From: Octopus bimaculoides
Lineage: Eukaryota
DNA: 64,000 nucleotides
Reading direction: 5' to 3'
Assembly: GCF_001194135.2 (NCBI RefSeq)
Contig: NC_068990.1
Location: 70,663,057-70,727,056 of the forward strand
The translations under genes were made by a program, and so were the position numbers. The notes under the pieces were generated by a model. That model was not told the origin of the DNA. It ran no database searches and was given only the letters and a program-made list of their open reading frames with translations. This document shows, in pieces, positions 62,040 to 64,000 of the stretch. Position 1 is the stretch's first letter. The number at the start of each line of letters is the position of its first letter.

Positions 62040-63431
62040 CAAATGAAAGACAGAAGATGGAATATAAGAGAATTTCTTATTAATCATGACAATTGTTTCA
62101 ACACATCTAGCATAGATTCCTCTTGGATGGGACACTCAACAACTGGTTCAGGAGCATCCGGTGGTGCAGATGTATCTCATCAGGTGATAAATAAATACTA
62201 CTCGTTAAAGTAACTGTTCCGCAATGTAACTTTCTGTTTTGTAGAGAGGAAAGCAGCCAGATGGAGGAAATATCTTCATTTATACAGAAGATCAAAAATA
62301 AAATCACACATGACAAAAAGAGAAATGAACACACAATCCTGTGAGAAAAGTATTAAAAATAACCATTAACAAATATGGATGCATAAACGGGCAAGCTGCA
62401 TGGCACAAGTACACTTGCTCATACAAGCATCTGCAAAAATGTGAGCATATGCACACGTGAGGTTTGGTGCACTCTTGGTCACAAAGCGAGTCATTTATCA
62501 ACTTGGTGTTTATAAAAATGAAGAACTTAAAAGTAAACTTAAGTCATTCATACCTTAAAGTAAATTAAGTTAACGGTTACTCAAAATTCATTCTCACTGC
62601 ATTGTGCGAAAGTACATTTATATGTGTGTAGGCATCTTGAGAGTCATTCAGAAATTCTATTAATTGTCTTCTCGTTAGTCCACAGAATAGTTTGAGCTCA
62701 TTATTTGTTCAATTTTGAAACAGCATTCATTCACCATACATTATGCTTAAATAATTCCTTCCTCTCGAACAACACCTACCTCTAGCCTACTATTCTATAT
62801 ATCAGATCCTGATAAGGATCTGGTATTGAAATAGGGTAAAATGTAAGAGAGAACATAAATCACAATACTAGAAATCTACAAGAAGTAGATTTAGAAAATT
62901 TGTGTGATAAATTGATGAGAACAGTATCATATGAAGTAACAATATTTAATTATATCTTATGAAGTACAGCAATGGGCTGTACCTACAAATTTCCCTCCTC
63001 TGTTAAATATTTCTGCAAAACAAATATAATAGCAATAGTGACATTCTAGAATAGATACAGCCAAACATGTTTAAAATTTGAGAAGAGCAATAATAAATAA
63101 TAGAAATTGCAGTTCAGTTTATGACTATATTTCCTATTACAAATGTATTTCATTTTTTTAGCAACTGTATAGTTTGACAGGAAGCCACAGAGCCTTATGA
63201 GATATTCAACCATTTAACAAAGGTAACAGCATCAATAAAATGATGCCATTGGTTTTGGAACATTTACAACTCAAACCCTTGTAAAATACAAAATAGAGAA
63301 AGTTTTCTTACTTTATCTGCTGGGGACGGTAAAGGTGAATTAGAAACCATTCCAGTATTATAGTCAGGAACTGAAGAATCAGTATGAATACGAGATAACC
63401 GTGCCCGAAGATCAGCATTTTGTCGAAGTAA
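29211..63431 (-). CDS. OSBPL6: Oxysterol-binding protein-related protein of the ORP3/6/7 subfamily, spliced, 5'-partial: join(63312-63431,54445-54558,47183-47252,44835-45010,43679-43753,43176-43313,41756-41819,40642-40720,36461-36596,32834-32981,32013-32139,30930-31052,29211-29316)
   Basis: 13 exons, 1476 nt in frame to TGA. The ORD signatures are present: [66 protein letters not shown] and a terminal [16 protein letters not shown] and the FFAT-like EYYDAPE place it in the ORP3/6/7 group, probably co-orthologous to OSBPL3/6/7. The PH-domain exons lie beyond the window. Confidence 0.95.
30930..31052 (-). CDS. OSBPL6: OSBPL6-like exon ([41 protein letters not shown])
   Basis: ctacag| acceptor, AG|gtaaaa donor, 123 nt. 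Confidence 0.95.
32013..32139 (-). CDS. OSBPL6: OSBPL6-like exon ([42 protein letters not shown])
   Basis: taccag| acceptor, AG|gtattt donor, 127 nt. Confidence 0.97.
32834..32981 (-). CDS. OSBPL6: OSBPL6-like exon ([50 protein letters not shown])
   Basis: gctcag| acceptor, G|gtaaag donor, 148 nt. Confidence 0.96.
33249..33389. repeat. (TAT)n microsatellite with periodic TCATTAC interruptions; further (ATT)n arrays at 34410-34506, 34725-34783, 36325-36396
   Basis: Seen directly. Confidence 0.95.
33390..34409 (-). mobile_element. R4/Dong-clade RLE non-LTR retrotransposon, 5'-truncated, spanning an assembly gap
   Basis: [40 protein letters not shown] (restriction-like endonuclease PD..D region) at 34249-34409; 3' tail at 33390-33433; (TAA)n arrays on both sides. 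Confidence 0.75.
35480..36085 (-). mobile_element. R4/Dong-like reverse transcriptase fragment
   Basis: [29 protein letters not shown] (YMDD), [11 protein letters not shown] and KYLGV. Confidence 0.85.
36109..36325 (+). mobile_element. Second short SINE family with (ATT)n tail. Other copies: 20327-20545(+), 34507-34724(+), 14270-14460(-), 27340-27490(-)
   Basis: Shared gagttcaaattc(c/t)gccgagg..ctttgcctttcatccttt..taagtaccagtt..ggccttgtg..agattattatt. Confidence 0.85.
36461..36596 (-). CDS. OSBPL6: OSBPL6-like exon ([45 protein letters not shown])
   Basis: ttgtag| acceptor, AAG|gtatgt donor, 136 nt. Confidence 0.96.
38847..40122 (-). mobile_element. Full-length (~1.28 kb) mariner, irritans-like, inactivated
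   Basis: TIRs gatggtatcaaaaagtccccagactagtt / aactagtccagaaactttttgataccaccttg|ta; [28 protein letters not shown] and [13 protein letters not shown]. Confidence 0.9.
40642..40720 (-). CDS. OSBPL6: OSBPL6-like exon ([26 protein letters not shown])
   Basis: tttcag| acceptor, AA|gtaaga donor, 79 nt. Confidence 0.96.
40768..40826. repeat. (GT)n microsatellite; many other (AT)n, (AC)n and (AG)n arrays, e.g. 3983-4016, 11921-11964, 50718-50780, 62002-62038
   Basis: Seen directly. Confidence 0.95.
41101..41408 (+). mobile_element. Possible solo LTR (308 bp)
   Basis: TGTAG...CTACA termini, TATATAAA at 41245 and higher GC/CpG than the flanks; no convincing TSD. Confidence 0.4.
41756..41819 (-). CDS. 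OSBPL6: OSBPL6-like exon ([22 protein letters not shown]), OSBP fingerprint
   Basis: tttcag| acceptor, G|gtgagt donor, 64 nt; completes EQVSHHPP. Confidence 0.97.
43176..43313 (-). CDS. OSBPL6: OSBPL6-like exon ([46 protein letters not shown])
   Basis: atccag| acceptor, CAG|gttaac donor, 138 nt. Confidence 0.97.
43679..43753 (-). CDS. OSBPL6: OSBPL6-like exon ([25 protein letters not shown]), ends at a GC donor
   Basis: tttcag| acceptor, ATG|gcaagt donor, 75 nt; the peptide is near-identical to the ORP3/6/7 [13 protein letters not shown] block. Confidence 0.95.
44570..44700 (+). mobile_element. Left end of a pogo/Tc2-like DNA transposon
   Basis: TA|CCGTATATTTCGGTGTATAAAACGAC resembles pogo/Tc2-type TIRs; no partner TIR was found. 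Confidence 0.4.
44835..45010 (-). CDS. OSBPL6: OSBPL6-like exon, start of ORD (..[47 protein letters not shown])
   Basis: tttcag| acceptor, CAA|gtaagt donor, 176 nt. Confidence 0.97.
45493..46208. repeat. Local duplications: a 53-bp direct repeat (45493-45545, 45671-45723) and an identical 100-bp repeat (45538-45637, 46109-46208)
   Basis: Seen directly. Confidence 0.9.
46491..46890 (+). mobile_element. Major octopus-type tRNA-derived SINE. Other copies: 50784-51197(+), 18449-18810(+), 48784-49890(-); partial copies at 7900-8070(-), 29810-29970(-), 40170-40330(-)
   Basis: GGAGTGGCTGTGTGG A-box, GGTTCAGTCCC B-box, central (AT/GT) microsatellite and 3' gactgaaacaagtaaaagag; multiple dispersed copies. 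Confidence 0.9.
47183..47252 (-). CDS. OSBPL6: OSBPL6-like exon ([23 protein letters not shown])
   Basis: cttacag| acceptor, A|gtaagt donor, 70 nt, phase 0 to 1; joins both neighbours in frame; resembles ORP6 ASDDESYISD. Confidence 0.85.
48875..49593. mobile_element. 719-bp non-autonomous TIR element (Merlin-like) nested in a SINE
   Basis: 28-bp TIRs GGATCTATTTTAAAACGGGGG(T/C)CACAGT with 1 mismatch; perfect 8-bp TSD CTTAAATT (48867-48874, 49594-49601); 5'-GG termini. Confidence 0.85.
49247..49282. repeat. Telomere-repeat palindrome (CCCTAA)n-(TTAGGG)n
   Basis: CCCTAACCCTAACCCTAGGGTTAGGGTTAGGG (49247-49278) is its own reverse complement. Confidence 0.95.
50276..50400 (-). promoter_or_regulatory. 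Candidate internal promoter and alternative first exon (MLLHWESEM) of the OSBPL6-like gene
   Basis: Back-to-back CCAAT boxes at 50383-50387 (GACCAATCAG) and 50392-50396, a GCCATG start at 50302, and an ATG|gtgaga donor at 50276/50275 in phase 0, compatible with the acceptor at 47252. This is inference only. Confidence 0.4.
50784..51197 (+). mobile_element. SINE copy, same family as 46491-46890
   Basis: High identity to 46491-46890; preceded by a long (AT)n. Confidence 0.9.
51960..54330 (+). mobile_element. Degraded RTE LINE, split by the mariner at 52518-53799
   Basis: RTE-like segments (gtgagccaggctagctgtgtacagagatgctgttagcaaagtgag; ctgttggatgtgtaatgttagtg; ctgctgggatggacatgtg) lie on both sides of the mariner in collinear order. 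Confidence 0.7.
52518..53799 (-). mobile_element. Full-length 1282-bp mariner (D,D34D), inactivated
   Basis: TA TSDs; TIRs TTGGGTTGTCCAGAAAGTTCATGCCGAT / ATCGGCATGAACTTTCCGGACAACCTAA; start mutated to ATA at 53619; [17 protein letters not shown] and [19 protein letters not shown]; stop at 52591; carries stops and frameshifts. Confidence 0.96.
54445..54558 (-). CDS. OSBPL6: OSBPL6-like FFAT exon ([38 protein letters not shown])
   Basis: tgttag| acceptor, GAA|gtaagt donor, 114 nt, phase 0-0; [10 protein letters not shown] corresponds to ORP6 SMSESVSEFFDAQE. Confidence 0.9.
54960..56597 (-). mobile_element. ORF1-only (HAL1-like) retroelement, copy A, 5'-truncated
   Basis: Reverse complement of 60168-61593; zinc knuckle-like [13 protein letters not shown]; long T-rich 3' region with no ORF2. 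Confidence 0.75.
57228..59860 (+). mobile_element. L1/Tx1-clade LINE: ORF1 (~57324-58551) and the APE endonuclease part of ORF2 (58576-~59860); RT missing
   Basis: ORF1 has an RRM-like [10 protein letters not shown] and a knuckle [17 protein letters not shown]2 has [25 protein letters not shown], (Y)APN, VLLGDFN, WTW..SYIDRIL, SDYKMV and [10 protein letters not shown]. Confidence 0.9.
58929..59266 (+). mobile_element. tRNA-derived SINE inserted in the L1/Tx1 endonuclease
   Basis: A-box TGGCTCAGTGGTT, B-box-like GAGTTTGATTCC and ttgagcaagacact core; 11-bp TSD ATTTCTGGTCA/ATTTTTGGTCA. Confidence 0.85.
59861..61593 (+). mobile_element. ORF1-only (HAL1-like) retroelement, copy B
   Basis: ORFs 59904-60176 and 60145-60891 are homologous to the neighbouring L1 ORF1 ([28 protein letters not shown]), followed by a non-coding 3' region truncated at 61593. 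Confidence 0.78.
61594..61980 (-). mobile_element. RTE-tailed non-autonomous repeat with an internal ~60-70-nt minisatellite. Other copies: 12250-12490, 4085-4330, 2440-2600, 24115-24300
   Basis: Shared ggatgcccttcctaacgccaaccac and tandem gtgccac.ggcacaggagccagtcagg..ctggca units. Confidence 0.7.
63312..63431 (-). CDS. OSBPL6: OSBPL6-like exon ([40 protein letters not shown])
   Basis: ttgtag| acceptor, AAA|gtaaga donor, 120 nt; similar to ORP6 ALNQNAELRSRLNRIHSES. Confidence 0.9.
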
Positions 63432-64000
63432 CTACAATTGAGAGAAAAGACTGAACATTTAAAAAACATTCTCATAAGGTAAAAATATTTGAAAATAATT
63501 ACCATAATAATTATTTTCAATGTTGTTACAAAGATAAAAAAGGAAAAAGTTTATATCTTCTTTATCTTTTTTTAAGAATATTTCTATGTGAGATGGACTG
63601 GAGTTTTACCCCAATGAACAACATAAAAATACATTAGTATTGAATATTCTTTTAGATGATAGTAAAAAGAATTTTTAACTAAAACTTTCAAAACTAGATG
63701 ACATAAATAAATAAATGTACAGAGGGAAATTCAAACGCATTTGGTTTTACAGTGCAATTAGGTTCCATGAAGATTTTGCATACATATATGAATCCATATA
63801 TTTTTCTCTTGCTAACCTACAATATATTAGTATTCCAGCAAATGAGGTTAGCTCTCTCTCTCTCAACACACAGCCACACCTGCGACTTACCACACAGACA
63901 CACCAAATATATATGTACATCATATAAATATGCTACTTTACCTTTGGTATTCAAGTACTATTTTTAGTGCTTACTCTTGTATATATATATATATATATAT

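Noticed and set aside
62100-62340. Complex GC-richer segment with a possible small + strand intron (62184-62244) and a - strand ORF
   Set aside because: No minus-strand phase 0-0 exon fits OSBPL6, the translations are unrecognisable, and in-frame stops are present.

Overview
Eukaryotic animal genomic DNA from a draft assembly with five N-gaps. It is AT-rich and dense in microsatellites, SINEs and LINEs. The repeat families look like those of Octopus (coleoid cephalopod); this is an inference, not a database match. Two intron-rich genes lie in tandem on the minus strand, both built by hand from homology, splice sites and intron phase. (1) IFT46 (intraflagellar transport 46): 7 coding exons from the likely ATG at 15928 to 1453, with the 3' end outside the window. 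(2) An ORP3/6/7-subfamily oxysterol-binding-protein-related gene (OSBPL6-like): the last 13 coding exons, 63431 to the stop at 29211, 1476 nt in frame, containing a coiled-coil segment, an FFAT-like motif and the complete ORD lipid-transfer domain. One intron is GC-AG. The remainder is a nested transposon landscape: RTE, L1/Tx1 and R4/Dong non-LTR elements; two full-length and two partial Tc1/mariner elements; a Chapaev3/CMC-like element split by a piggyBac-type MITE; a Merlin-like MITE carrying a telomere-repeat palindrome; a hAT MITE; tRNA-derived SINEs; and a possible solo LTR. No prokaryotic-type system (CRISPR, operon) is present. The best leads are an inverted pair of ORF1-only (HAL1-like) retroelements forming a ~1.4-kb stem in an OSBPL6 intron, a candidate internal promoter/first exon for an ORD-only short ORP isoform, the telomere-palindrome MITE, and a (TAA)n-targeted R4/Dong insertion. 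All comparisons were made by eye; no searches were run.
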